NCBI GenBank assembly: GCA_016181405.1
Contig: JACOZJ010000002.1
Span: forward strand, 10,608-74,607
Length of the DNA: 64,000 bases
Direction: 5' to 3'
Source: Candidatus Wildermuthbacteria bacterium
GTDB lineage: Bacteria; Patescibacteriota; Minisyncoccia; Minisyncoccales; UBA10102
Part shown: positions 52,850-62,981 of the stretch, piece after piece
Numbering within the stretch: position 1 is the first letter of the stretch
Layout of the letters: each line of letters begins with the position of its first letter
Position numbers and translations under genes: made by a program
Notes under the pieces: generated by a model
Seen by the model: the letters and a program-made list of their open reading frames with translations, nothing else
Told to the model about the DNA's origin: nothing
Databases searched by the model: none

Positions 52850-53722
52850 TTATTTTACCCTCCGGAGTTTCTGCAGAATGGGAAGTTCGCTTTCGAATAC
52901 TCTTTTTTTGCCGTCTCCCAACCATATAGGGATAGATCTGATACTGCCAACCAGTCGTTCAATTCCCTGTGGCTCCAGAGAGGCTGCTTGATCCGACCCC
53001 CACATTGCACGATCCAGCGTAATATGTCGCTCCACCACACAAGCACCCAACACAGCTGCCACCAACGAAGAATACACTCCAACCTCATGGCCGCTGTACC
53101 CGATAGGGCAGGAAAATTGCTCTTTTAACCACGGGATTACCTTTAAATTCAACTCTTCGTCTGCCCCTGGATATGTGGAAGTGCAATGGAGAAGAATCAG
53201 ATCACCTTCACCCAAAACCTCCACGGCATGGCGAATTTGCTCCACTGTGCTCATGCCCGTGGAAAGGATAACCGGCTTTCCCTTGGATCGGACGTACCTT
53301 AAAAGGTTGTCATCCGTAAGGGAAGGCGATGCTATTTTATAACACGGAATATCAAACTTTGCAAGAAAATCAACACTCCCCTCATCCCACGGGGAAGCGA
53401 ACCACATAATGCCTTTTTCTTTGCAGTATCGGTCAATTTCCGTGTATTCTTTCTCGCCAAACTCGAGCCCGCGCTTTAAATCTCCATTTGTATTCCCAAA
53501 CACGCTTTCTCTCGGCCGCGCTAACTCTTCTGGCGTGTACACGACGTCTACAGTCCGCTTTTGGAACTTTACCGCGTCGCACCCCGCGCCCACTGCAACA
53601 TCAATAAGTTTTTTGGCGTTTTCCAAGCTGCCGTTATGGTTAATTCCAATTTCGGCGATCACAAACACTGGCTTGCCCTCTCCTATCGTTTTTCCTCCGA
53701 TTGTCACTTTTTTTCTTTCCAT
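52850..53722 (-). CDS. NeuB-family ulosonic (sialic/legionaminic/pseudaminic-type) acid synthase, short form without an obvious SAF domain
   Basis: PVFVIAEIGINHNGSLENAKKLIDVAVGAGCDAVKFQKR and GYSGHEVG. It is 290 aa, against about 340-350 aa for SAF-containing NeuB. Confidence 0.8.
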   Translation of the reverse strand: MERKKVTIGGKTIGEGKPVFVIAEIGINHNGSLENAKKLIDVAVGAGCDAVKFQKRTVDVVYTPEELARPRESVFGNTNGDLKRGLEFGEKEYTEIDRYCKEKGIMWFASPWDEGSVDFLAKFDIPCYKIASPSLTDDNLLRYVRSKGKPVILSTGMSTVEQIRHAVEVLGEGDLILLHCTSTYPGADEELNLKVIPWLKEQFSCPIGYSGHEVGVYSSLVAAVLGACVVERHITLDRAMWGSDQAASLEPQGIERLVGSIRSIPIWLGDGKKRVFESELPILQKLRRVK

Positions 53723-53735
53723 AGTTTTATTATTA

Positions 53736-54524
53736 TTACCAACACGTTCGACCTCCCTCTATTGCCAGAACTGATCCGGTCATATACGAAGAGGCATCTG
53801 ATAGCAAGAAGATAACCACGGCTTGATACTCGTCTTTATTTGCCATCCTTCCCATGGGAATAAGATTCGAAAGCCGTTTTACAAAATCTTCATCTTGCCC
53901 ATTCAATATCCCACCGGGGCACAATGCGTTCGCTCTAACACCTTTTTCTGCCCAATAAGTTGCCAAGTAGCGAGTTAATCCAATAAGTCCGTGCTTTACG
54001 ACCGAATACGTAACCGATTTTACCATTTGCTGCTCTTCCGGAAGCCCCTCTTTTCGATATATGCGTTGGTCCGGCGCAATCAAGCCAAGATCTGATGAGA
54101 TGTTTAGAATAACACCCCTACCCTGAGAAGCCATATATGAGCCGAAAACCTGACTGCACAGAAATGCTCCCTTAAGCCCGACATCCAAATCCTCCTGCCA
54201 AACTTTTTCTGGGAAATTTTCAAACCTAGTCCAGTTCTTTCCGGCTTGCGTACTTTCCACCTTGGGGTTGTTTGCTGCATTGTTGATAAGAGTATCAATA
54301 CGACCATATTTCTCAAGAATCTTTTCTCGCGTTTCCTCTAAAGTTTTCTTATCTGTAATGTCGACGAGAAAATCCGGTTCCCCGACGATATCCAAGGTAA
54401 CGGGTATGCCGCCCGCATCCCGAATGGCCTCTCTATGCCTTTGCCCCAAAAGACCAATTCCTCCAGTAATGAGGCACACGCGCCCTGAAAGATCAAATTT
54501 GTTCATTGTTTCTGTTTGTTTCAT
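53736..54524 (-). CDS. Short-chain dehydrogenase/reductase
   Basis: RVCLITGGIGLLGQRH, NNAANN and YSVVKHG (YxxxK). Confidence 0.82.
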   Translation of the reverse strand: MKQTETMNKFDLSGRVCLITGGIGLLGQRHREAIRDAGGIPVTLDIVGEPDFLVDITDKKTLEETREKILEKYGRIDTLINNAANNPKVESTQAGKNWTRFENFPEKVWQEDLDVGLKGAFLCSQVFGSYMASQGRGVILNISSDLGLIAPDQRIYRKEGLPEEQQMVKSVTYSVVKHGLIGLTRYLATYWAEKGVRANALCPGGILNGQDEDFVKRLSNLIPMGRMANKDEYQAVVIFLLSDASSYMTGSVLAIEGGRTCW

Positions 54525-55552
54525 ACCTTTTTTGCAATTTGCCTTTTTATTGCGAACGCCACTTGCAGACTTTTTCTTGCTTCAGCGATATTGACGTTGG
54601 ACTCTTTGCGCACGTTAACACACTCAAAAAAGTGCAAAACCTCTGCTTCAAACAATTCTTTTCTGCTTGTCGAGTCGGTTTTTTCTTCCACCAATTCCCC
54701 TTCTTTCCCGTACAAGGCATATTTATTTTCCATACTATCCACAAACAATGTACTGTCTTCGAATTGAAACTCAAATTTGCGCACTTCTTTTGTCTGCGCG
54801 TAAGAAAGCCGAAGCGTAACAGGAAACGTCTTCCCCTTTTTGGGGTAATTCAAGATGGCGGCCACAGTATCTTCCACGTTCATTTTTAAGTTGCTCAATT
54901 TCCCCCCCACAGCAATAACCTTTTTGGGTAAACCAAGCAAATAACACATCAAATCAATCTCATGGATTAAACCAAGTACCACCCCGCCGCCCAAATCTTT
55001 TCTTGCTGCGTATCCTTTGGAATAATCTTCATATGTATGATGCGCAGGCAAAAACGTGTTCCAAGTAAAGGCTGCGCTTATAATCCTTTCTCTTTTGCCC
55101 CCTACAAGATCCTTTATTTTGGTAACCAGCGGGTTGAACCTGGTTTGAAATCCTACCATCGTAATCAGCTTTTTGCTCTTTACAATGCGCTCTAGCTCGC
55201 TCAATCCCTTTGTGGTGTGGCCCAGCGGCTTTTCAATAAACAAGTCGCTTCCCAAACGAGCAAATTCGAGCGCACTTGGGATATGCAGCGAGCTTGGATT
55301 GGTAACAAACACCGCATCTGGCCGCACCTTTTTTGCTTCTGTCCAAGATACTACGGGAGTCATGCCGTAATATTCGCTGATATCTGCAACTTTCTTTTCC
55401 TGCCCTTCTTGTATCACACGGTGCCTGTCTTCTAGCCGCACCAAACCAAAAAACTCAAGGTTGCCAGGAAGTTTTTTCTCTTTCTGAAGCTTCTGGATAT
55501 TTTGAAGGTGGCGCTGACCTATGGAACCCAAACCCAAAAATAGTATTTTCAT
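54521..55552 (-). CDS. Gfo/Idh/MocA-family NAD(P)-dependent oxidoreductase
   Basis: MKILFLGLGSIGQRHLQNI and LFIEKPLG. The ATG at 55552 forms an ATGA overlap with the upstream stop. Confidence 0.82.
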   Translation of the reverse strand: MKILFLGLGSIGQRHLQNIQKLQKEKKLPGNLEFFGLVRLEDRHRVIQEGQEKKVADISEYYGMTPVVSWTEAKKVRPDAVFVTNPSSLHIPSALEFARLGSDLFIEKPLGHTTKGLSELERIVKSKKLITMVGFQTRFNPLVTKIKDLVGGKRERIISAAFTWNTFLPAHHTYEDYSKGYAARKDLGGGVVLGLIHEIDLMCYLLGLPKKVIAVGGKLSNLKMNVEDTVAAILNYPKKGKTFPVTLRLSYAQTKEVRKFEFQFEDSTLFVDSMENKYALYGKEGELVEEKTDSTSRKELFEAEVLHFFECVNVRKESNVNIAEARKSLQVAFAIKRQIAKKV

Positions 55553-56370
55553 AGCGGTATCCCTTGCATTAGTTTTTTTACTGTTGCCAAATTCGTCTTT
55601 GCTTCTTCTGCGGGAACCGGCGTAATACATGTTTCTAAGGTAAGCAACCCTCCGTATCCTATCTCTTTCAGCGCTTCGAAAGCGTCGATCAGTTCTTTTG
55701 TGTGTGCACCAAGCCGCACATTTTTTCCGTTTTCTTTATCTTTTACGTGAACATGAGTTATCAGAGTTCCCAAACTCCTAATGTCTTCTTGCACCGGAAA
55801 GCCGTTTCCAATACTGTTGCCAATGTCATAGCACATTCCGATGGCGCCAAACGAAAATTCTTCAAATGCTCCCACAATATCTTTTGCGGGTAGCAGTACT
55901 TCCAAGGCAAAACGCAGACCCTTCTGCTGCAATAGTTCATCAAATGGGGTCAAAGCCGCAAGCGCTTGCTTGAGTTCTTCGGCTGAATGGATCTGATTTT
56001 CGTCGAAAAACGGCATTATCACCAAAAATCCAGCTTGCCCTTCTATCAACTGCAGCAAATCTCTTATGCGCTCCTTAAACTCGACAGGATTGCCCAGCAA
56101 CGAATACTTACACAGTTGATCAGCACATAAAGAAGTACACTGCAGGCCAGCACGCAAAATACTGGCAAAAACTTCTTGCTTTTGGGTTTTGAGCAAATCG
56201 CGCAAGCGATTTTCTTTATCATCCAATAGCTCAATGTGGTCAAAGCCCAGCTCTTTTGCCGTGCGAAACTCTTCCTCCCAACGCTCGGGGAAAACCTGCA
56301 GTCGCTCCAAAGTTTGGGGCACCACCCTTCCCTGCATTATACCGATACTGTTTTGCATTTCTTCTGCCAT
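55549..56370 (-). CDS. Xylose-isomerase-like TIM-barrel sugar(-phosphate) isomerase/epimerase
   Basis: ELGFDHIELL, GMCYDIGN and HVHVKD. Confidence 0.75.
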   Translation of the reverse strand: MAEEMQNSIGIMQGRVVPQTLERLQVFPERWEEEFRTAKELGFDHIELLDDKENRLRDLLKTQKQEVFASILRAGLQCTSLCADQLCKYSLLGNPVEFKERIRDLLQLIEGQAGFLVIMPFFDENQIHSAEELKQALAALTPFDELLQQKGLRFALEVLLPAKDIVGAFEEFSFGAIGMCYDIGNSIGNGFPVQEDIRSLGTLITHVHVKDKENGKNVRLGAHTKELIDAFEALKEIGYGGLLTLETCITPVPAEEAKTNLATVKKLMQGIPL

Positions 56371-56373
56371 AGG

Positions 56374-57033
56374 TTATGTCTTGATAATATATTGCGGTGT
56401 TTTGCAAAACGGAAACTGATGAATTTCCACGCCCTGGCCCTGAAAGTAATCATCCACTGCTTTGGTTTCCCCTGGAAATCTGCCATAATCGTCCAGAATA
56501 AGCACACCCCCTTTCTCTAATTTTGGATACAAATACTGCAGCACCGTGACGCTTGGCTCATAAATATCAACATCCAGATTAATAAGCGAAAACTTCATAT
56601 CGGGATGCAAAGCCGCATATTCTGGAACTGTTTTGGTAATATCTCCCGCCACAAGCTCCGCATCTTGCCCCAAACCCTTATGCTGAAGCGCAGTTTGCAG
56701 CTGCTCTACGGTGATGCTTTCTGCCCCTGCGTCATCAATAAATTTTTGGCGTGGGCCCTTGTCTCCCTCAAAACTGGTCTCTGGAAACATGCCAAAGGTA
56801 TCGAATCCAATCACTTTTTTGGGCATCTCGCCAAACAACTTTTGGAACATGGCAAAACGCACCAGCGCCACCCCCTTAAATACTCCACACTCTGCTATAT
56901 CGCCCGCGATGCCGCTCGACAGTTTATACAACTCATAGTGAGCTGCCATTTTTGCCATGCGAGAAGAATCGCACGAAAGATAAAAATCGTTTTCGTAGTC
57001 AAACGCTTTGTTAAAATCAGGCAATGAAATCAT
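56374..57033 (-). CDS. TylF/MycF-like O-methyltransferase
   Basis: GDIAECGVFKGVALVRF and LINLDVDIYEPSVTVLQYLYPKLEKGGVLILDDY. Confidence 0.8.
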   Translation of the reverse strand: MISLPDFNKAFDYENDFYLSCDSSRMAKMAAHYELYKLSSGIAGDIAECGVFKGVALVRFAMFQKLFGEMPKKVIGFDTFGMFPETSFEGDKGPRQKFIDDAGAESITVEQLQTALQHKGLGQDAELVAGDITKTVPEYAALHPDMKFSLINLDVDIYEPSVTVLQYLYPKLEKGGVLILDDYGRFPGETKAVDDYFQGQGVEIHQFPFCKTPQYIIKT

Positions 57034-57050
57034 ATGATGAAATACATTTA

Positions 57051-57755
57051 TTATTTTACTCCTTTCCCAATAAGCATTTGCTCTTTGGAGAACCGGACGA
57101 AAACACGCGACCTCATTTCATCTGCGTCGCGAAAACGCAAAGAATCAGGAAGCAACGCGATAATACGAGGCACAAACCGCAAAAATGGATATTTCCATAC
57201 GAACGGCAGCTGGAAGAACCTAAAACATTCTACTTCCTGAAGGTTCTTGAGCTTTAACGCGTTCTGAAGGCTTTTTCTGGAAAAGGGCCGCACATGGGTA
57301 TAATCATCCCAGAAAAACTTCATTTGCGACTGCCAATCAGGAGTCATTAACACCACAATTCCGCCGGGCTTTAATACGCGGAACGATTCGTCGAGAAAAT
57401 TATCCGTGTTGTACACATGTTCGATAACGGATTTCGAGAAGATGAAATCGAAAGAATTATCCTCAAAAGGAAATCGATCCTTTTCAATGTCGCACTCTCG
57501 AATATCGAAGTAATCTAAAATCTCTACGCACTCCTCTCTTTTATCGATACCAAAAGCCTCAATCCCATGCCTTGAAAAAGCCACCAAATGATTCCCCTTG
57601 CCGCTTCCAATATCCAAAAGCTTTTTCTTGCCGTCGGGATGAGAGTCCATATACGATTTGAAAAATCGCTCATAGAGATAATCACAGAGCTTTTGCGGAT
57701 ATTCGTTTGCTCCATACTCTTCTCTAAAATATACTGTTTCCAAATAATTAGGCAT
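57051..57755 (-). CDS. Class I SAM-dependent methyltransferase
   Basis: KKLLDIGSGKGNHLVAFSRHGIEAFGIDK and LKPGGIVVLMTP. Confidence 0.8.
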   Translation of the reverse strand: MPNYLETVYFREEYGANEYPQKLCDYLYERFFKSYMDSHPDGKKKLLDIGSGKGNHLVAFSRHGIEAFGIDKREECVEILDYFDIRECDIEKDRFPFEDNSFDFIFSKSVIEHVYNTDNFLDESFRVLKPGGIVVLMTPDWQSQMKFFWDDYTHVRPFSRKSLQNALKLKNLQEVECFRFFQLPFVWKYPFLRFVPRIIALLPDSLRFRDADEMRSRVFVRFSKEQMLIGKGVK

Positions 57756-58515
57756 AGGTAGTTAATTTTTGATTTTCTAAAAAGCGTAAAAGAGGTCGGA
57801 ATTTCTCTTCTCCGAGCAGCTTCTCGGCAAAAGCAATATCTTCTCTTCGGTCGATATCCGCTACGCGTTCGGTGATAAACGCGCGTATGCGAAGACCATG
57901 GAGCATACCGGTCTGCTGCAACACTTCCGGCCGTATTACGTCCACATACCCATTCGGATTGTATGTTTTTGGAAGAAATTGTCTTCCCCGATTGTAATAC
58001 TCTTCGTTTTGTGCAAAATCTTCCTGCCCAAAAAAATGAATATACTCGCCCTCTTTTCGAAACAGCTTATAGGCGGTGTGTTCTGACTCATGCGCGCTGC
58101 GAAGAGCAGTAGCGTGTTCGTCGCCAATGATCTCTTTGATGGCCTTATCAATAAGCGCGGGCTCTCGCAACGGAGTGGTAGGACGAAGATGCACAACCAG
58201 ATCTGGCACATATCCTTCGTATTCTTGCAGCCAGTCAAAAGCGTGACGAAAAAACTCGATATCTGGAGAATCGTCTCTGGCATATTCTGCCGGCCGCAGA
58301 AAAGGAACTTGGACGCCGTAGTGTTTTGCAACTTCCGCTATCTCTGAAGAATCTGTACTCACCAAAACTCTTGAAATATACGGCGACATTTTGGCGGCAG
58401 CTATAGAATAGGCAATCAACGGAAACCCGCCCAAATCAACAATGTTTTTCTTGGGTATGGATTTTGAACCCCCGCGTGCCGGTATCAAAGCTAAAATCTT
58501 TTTATCTTTATGCAT
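57748..58515 (-). CDS. CMP-ulosonic acid synthetase (acylneuraminate cytidylyltransferase / NeuA-LegF-PseF family)
   Basis: KILALIPARGGSKSIPKKNIVDLGGFPLIAYSI. ATG at 58515 (MHKDKK). Confidence 0.85.
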   Translation of the reverse strand: MHKDKKILALIPARGGSKSIPKKNIVDLGGFPLIAYSIAAAKMSPYISRVLVSTDSSEIAEVAKHYGVQVPFLRPAEYARDDSPDIEFFRHAFDWLQEYEGYVPDLVVHLRPTTPLREPALIDKAIKEIIGDEHATALRSAHESEHTAYKLFRKEGEYIHFFGQEDFAQNEEYYNRGRQFLPKTYNPNGYVDVIRPEVLQQTGMLHGLRIRAFITERVADIDRREDIAFAEKLLGEEKFRPLLRFLENQKLTTYA

Positions 58516-59980
58516 AGAGCTGTTTAAAATATTTCGATACAACAAACTTCCGCAGACCCAAAAAGGCTGTCAGATACACTGCCGCGCCAACAAGAATCAA
58601 CAGCACAACATGCATGTGAGATAAAAGCAGATATTGCAGTGTCACATACATAAGAAATGCTGAAAAACCGGACGTCAACACCGTAAACCCAACGCGTGCA
58701 AGAGGAAACCGTAAAGTGGTAAACTTTTTTACAAAAACCATAATAACTATCAAAAGCAAGCTATAAGTAGCTACCGTTGCCCCTGCTGCTCCATACAAAC
58801 TGTACCGGGGGATAAGAATTAGATTTAGAGCTACATTTATTCCAGCTCCAGCAAGCGTAATCCAAAACATTTTCCCTTCATGATTTAAGATAATCATTAC
58901 ATCGTTAAACGGCCTATACAAGAAATTAAGCCCCGCGGTTACGACTAAAAATTGAAGGGCCAAAATAGCGGGCGTGAAATCTGCAGTGTATAGAAAGAGG
59001 ATAATGGTTGATGCTAACACGATTCCACCCGTTACCAAGGGGAAAGCAAGCGCAAGCATTATTTCCAACTCGTAGTCCCACATTTTCTGGAAAAGTCGTC
59101 CTGACTCTTTAGACAGCTTGCTTAGGGCAGGATAAAAACTCGAGGCGATAAGGCCCATGAGGATTAAAGCCAACAATACAATTCTTTGGGCAGCATTATA
59201 CCACCCTGTTTCCGCAAACATACCCGAGTAGCCAAGCATTACTGAATCGGTATATGCATACAGCATGGCAAATGTACTACTTAACGCTAACGGTAAAGAC
59301 ATTTTTAAATACTTTTTCCAGATAGAAATATCATATTTCAACTTCAGGCGGAAAATCTTTCTTTCGAAGAAAACATATGTCGCCAAGAGAGCCAAAAAAG
59401 CAGATACAAGATATACGTAGCTTAAGTTCTGAGGTGAAGGGAAACGGAACAAAACAAATAATCCCAAACTTAACATAAGCAGCATCTGGACGCTCTCCAG
59501 CAAAGCCTCATATTCCATTTTCTGTCGTGCGTGGAAAAAAGAGTACGCAGTACCGATAAGACTATTCAGTAACAAGAAAATCCCTATGATTACAGTAAGT
59601 ATACGTACTTCCGACGATGAAATCGTCAAAAAACTTACTGTTGCAATCAAGATGAATGTTAATAGAACCAATATAATTTTCAAACTAAGGATTGCATAGA
59701 ATTCGTCTTCCCCTTCCTCTTTTTTTGCAAATTCACGCGTAATGATAGAGGGCAATCCAAGATGGGAAAGTATGGTAAAGAGAGATGCAAAAGCCAATGC
59801 AAAGGTGATTTGTCCATACCCTTCAGCTCCCAAAATGCGGGCGGCATAAATCAACAAAACAAAAGAAAGCAGCTTGTTAACCATACTACCTGCCGACCCC
59901 CAAACAACATTTTTAAAAATCGTCTGCTTGAGCGTTCCGTTCGTGAACAAGAGATTTTTTATTTCGATCCCGTAATTCAT
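58508..59980 (-). CDS. Wzx-type polysaccharide/oligosaccharide flippase (MOP superfamily)
   Basis: 490 aa with about 14 TM spans. The N-terminus KNVVWGSAGSMVNKLLSFVLLIYAARILGAEGYG is typical. Confidence 0.85.
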   Translation of the reverse strand: MNYGIEIKNLLFTNGTLKQTIFKNVVWGSAGSMVNKLLSFVLLIYAARILGAEGYGQITFALAFASLFTILSHLGLPSIITREFAKKEEGEDEFYAILSLKIILVLLTFILIATVSFLTISSSEVRILTVIIGIFLLLNSLIGTAYSFFHARQKMEYEALLESVQMLLMLSLGLFVLFRFPSPQNLSYVYLVSAFLALLATYVFFERKIFRLKLKYDISIWKKYLKMSLPLALSSTFAMLYAYTDSVMLGYSGMFAETGWYNAAQRIVLLALILMGLIASSFYPALSKLSKESGRLFQKMWDYELEIMLALAFPLVTGGIVLASTIILFLYTADFTPAILALQFLVVTAGLNFLYRPFNDVMIILNHEGKMFWITLAGAGINVALNLILIPRYSLYGAAGATVATYSLLLIVIMVFVKKFTTLRFPLARVGFTVLTSGFSAFLMYVTLQYLLLSHMHVVLLILVGAAVYLTAFLGLRKFVVSKYFKQLYA

Positions 59981-61296
59981 AAAGCAGCTTGTGCAAGCAT
60001 TATGTTATTTACCGCATCCAAAACGTCTTGAGCTCTTCCGTCTGGCTCTACCTTACACCTTGCATCTTTCCCTGCGTACCCTGTTTGTACCAATACTGTT
60101 TTGCAGCCAGCGTTCTTGCCGGCCAAAATATCCACCGTCTGGTCTCCTATCATATAGGATCTCTTGAGATCTATATGAAAATCTTTTTGCGCCTCCAGCA
60201 AAAGACCGGGTTTTGGCTTCCTGCAGTTACATTCGATTTTTAATTCGGGTCTCTCACCGTCAAACCCCTTTTCCGGGTGGTGAAAACAATAATACGCAGC
60301 GTCTATCTTGGCACCCCTCTTTCCCAGCTCCGTTTCCAGTTTTTTCTGTATTTCTTGCACATCCTTCTCTGACATAAATCCTTTGGCGACCATGGGTTGA
60401 TTGGAAACTACGATTGCCATAAAATCATTCTCATTAATTTTCTTCACCGCTTCCGGTGTAAAATCATACATTTTGAAATCCTCACTCTTCGAAAGCTGGT
60501 CAACTTCTTCATTGAGCACTCCATCACGGTCAAGAAAAATTGCTCGTCTTTTATTTTTCAAACTCATTCTAGATATTTTTCCGGATTCATAATCTTTTCT
60601 TACTTCTTCTAACCTATTGGGCGTACCCATATCCTTAATGTATTCTGGCGTATTGTAGGCATAGAGGCGTTCTTTTGCCTGCAAAAGCTTTGGCAAAATA
60701 TCTTTCTCTATGTCGGATTTTTCTCCTTTGGGTATATAAGGGAAAATGCTTGGCGAAAAAATGTACAGGGAGGCAATGCTTAAGTTGCGAAACACGAGGT
60801 CCTCTGCGTGCGGCCTTCGCAAAAGCGCCAATACCCTTCCTTCCTCATCCGCTTCCACCAGGTCTGAATCAAACGGGTGGTCATTCGGATGAACCATGAG
60901 AGATGCGATTCCCTCTTTTTGTGCGTGCCGATCTGCGAATCTCTGGAGGTCAACGTTTACCATGACATCTCCCGACAGCATCAAAAAATCTTCTTGTATT
61001 TCCCCCTCAAGCTGCTTGAGCGCGCCTGCAGTACCCAAAGGCTGCTCCTCATGGAGAAAATGCAAAACAACTCCCCAATCCTTTTGCTCGGCAAAATGCC
61101 GTATTTGCTCTCCTAAATAGCCGAGCAGCAGCCAAATCTCTTTGACTCCCTGTTCTCGTAAAAGCTCAATTTGATGCTGGATAATCGGCTTCTCCCCAAT
61201 TTCCACCAGGGCTTTGGGCGTATTGTTGGTAAAAGTCGCCAAACGCGTTCCCTTCCCCCCAGCTACGATAACTGCTCTTGTAATGCTATTTGACAT
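59977..61296 (-). CDS. Fusion of a sugar-1-phosphate nucleotidyltransferase (HddC-like) with D,D-heptose 1,7-bisphosphate phosphatase (GmhB, HAD-IIIA)
   Basis: The N-terminal half has AVIVAGGKGTRLATFTNNTPKALVEIGEKPII. The C-terminal half has AIFLDRDGVLNE, VVSNQP, CFHHP...CNCRKPKPGLL (Zn site) and MIGDQTVDILAGKNAG. ATG at 61296. Confidence 0.85.
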   Translation of the reverse strand: MSNSITRAVIVAGGKGTRLATFTNNTPKALVEIGEKPIIQHQIELLREQGVKEIWLLLGYLGEQIRHFAEQKDWGVVLHFLHEEQPLGTAGALKQLEGEIQEDFLMLSGDVMVNVDLQRFADRHAQKEGIASLMVHPNDHPFDSDLVEADEEGRVLALLRRPHAEDLVFRNLSIASLYIFSPSIFPYIPKGEKSDIEKDILPKLLQAKERLYAYNTPEYIKDMGTPNRLEEVRKDYESGKISRMSLKNKRRAIFLDRDGVLNEEVDQLSKSEDFKMYDFTPEAVKKINENDFMAIVVSNQPMVAKGFMSEKDVQEIQKKLETELGKRGAKIDAAYYCFHHPEKGFDGERPELKIECNCRKPKPGLLLEAQKDFHIDLKRSYMIGDQTVDILAGKNAGCKTVLVQTGYAGKDARCKVEPDGRAQDVLDAVNNIMLAQAAL

Positions 61297-61804
61297 AATG
61301 CCCCGCTTTATCTCTTTCCGACAAAATAGGATTTTGTATCGGCCATGAAATGTTAAATCTAGGATCATCCCACCTATAGCTGAATTGGCGTCCATGGGTA
61401 AAATACGTCGATTGTTTGTAGCTGAATAAACCGTCGGGGCTTAGAACCAAATAGGCGTTGCCGTGCTTCGGGGGAACAAAGATCTGCATTCTGTTTTCGT
61501 CAGACAAGATGAAAGACTGCCATTTGCCAAAATCTTTTGACTCTTCGTCGCAATTCACGACCACAAAATATAGCTTTCCATATAAGCATGACAGCAACTT
61601 GGCAGTTTCGTTGTCCCCATGAATTCCCCGCAAAACATCTTTCTTTGAGTAAGAAATATCATCCTGTACAAACGTCGCGTCAATGCCGTTTTCCTTATAG
61701 AGTTTCTCTGAATACGTTTCGACAAACTGCCCGCGGAAATCCGTGAAGATATCGGGGACTACCTGCAGCACTCCTTCTAAATTTGTTTTTGAAACTTGAA
61801 TCAT
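61286..61804 (-). CDS. RmlC-like cupin NDP-sugar 3,5-epimerase
   Basis: FTDFRGQFVETY, LRGIHGD and HGNAYLVL. Confidence 0.82.
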   Translation of the reverse strand: MIQVSKTNLEGVLQVVPDIFTDFRGQFVETYSEKLYKENGIDATFVQDDISYSKKDVLRGIHGDNETAKLLSCLYGKLYFVVVNCDEESKDFGKWQSFILSDENRMQIFVPPKHGNAYLVLSPDGLFSYKQSTYFTHGRQFSYRWDDPRFNISWPIQNPILSERDKAGHYVK

Positions 61805-61808
61805 GCGC

Positions 61809-62981
61809 TCATTTTATATGGGTTTCTAAAAATTCTTTTATGGTTTGCATGAAGTACTCGATATGCTCTTCTGTTATATCCTGATGCACGCCGATGTGAA
61901 GCCCATTGTTTCCAATAAATTCTGCGTTTGGAAACTCGCCTGCCTTATGCCCCAAAAACTCAAATCCTTTACATTGCGTCGGCATGGAAGAAAAGAGCTG
62001 TCGTGCGTCAATTTCCTTTTCTTCAATGTATTCGTAGAGCTCACCTCTTGTGAATGGAGCGCCCTCTGCCACTACAAACGGAAAAGCGTGCGGCCCGATT
62101 TGCTCATGCGCTTCTTCCCGAAACGTCGTAAGATAGGGCTTAAACGCCTCAAATTTTTTCATAAAGCTCAACAGATTTTTCCTTCGGATTGCCAATACTT
62201 TCTCGTATATCTCCAAACTTCCCACACCAACTGCTGCTTCCAGATCATTCATTTTCGCGGAATATCCTATTCTGCTGAATAGAAAGCGGTCTGGGCAATG
62301 GCCAAACTTCGCATTGGAACTGCATACTTGGCAGTGGCAGAATTTGCCGTGGTTACGCAACGCCCTTGCGATATCGGCAAAATCACTGTTGTCCGTGGTA
62401 ATCATGCCTCCTTCCACACTCGAAACCAAATGCGCAACATATGTACTGAAAGCCCCCATATCGCCAATAGAACCAACGTTTTTACCCTTATATATGGCAC
62501 CGTGCGCTTCAGCCGCGTCTTCTATAACATACAGGCCATGCTGCTTTGCTATTTGGCAAATAGCGTCCATGTCTGCCGGTTTCCCCATTAGGTGAACTGG
62601 CATAATGGCTTTTGTCTTTTCCGTAATGGCCTCCTCAATCTTAGTAGGATCGATATTATAGGTTTCTCTCTTCACATCAACAAAAACCGGGATAAATCCA
62701 GCGTGCAACACCGCGTTTCCTGTAGATACAAAGGATAGAGCCGGCACGATAATTTCATCTCCCCGTTTTGCGCCAAAATCATGCAACACCGCCAGAGCTA
62801 TTGTGTCAGCGTCGGTGCCGGAACTTACTGCTACTACTTCTTTTACTCCAACTATTTTTGCAAACCCTTGCTCAAACTCCTTTACATATTTGCCATTGGA
62901 AACTCGCCCCGAATCCAGCGCCTCATTTACCAACTCTTTCGCTTTGGGAGTAATTGATATGGTACCAAAAGGAATTCTCAT
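61809..62981 (-). CDS. DegT/DnrJ/EryC1/StrS-family sugar aminotransferase
   Basis: AVSSGTDADTIALAVL, DEIIVPALSFVSTGNA and AFSTYVAHLV. Confidence 0.85.
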   Translation of the reverse strand: MRIPFGTISITPKAKELVNEALDSGRVSNGKYVKEFEQGFAKIVGVKEVVAVSSGTDADTIALAVLHDFGAKRGDEIIVPALSFVSTGNAVLHAGFIPVFVDVKRETYNIDPTKIEEAITEKTKAIMPVHLMGKPADMDAICQIAKQHGLYVIEDAAEAHGAIYKGKNVGSIGDMGAFSTYVAHLVSSVEGGMITTDNSDFADIARALRNHGKFCHCQVCSSNAKFGHCPDRFLFSRIGYSAKMNDLEAAVGVGSLEIYEKVLAIRRKNLLSFMKKFEAFKPYLTTFREEAHEQIGPHAFPFVVAEGAPFTRGELYEYIEEKEIDARQLFSSMPTQCKGFEFLGHKAGEFPNAEFIGNNGLHIGVHQDITEEHIEYFMQTIKEFLETHIK

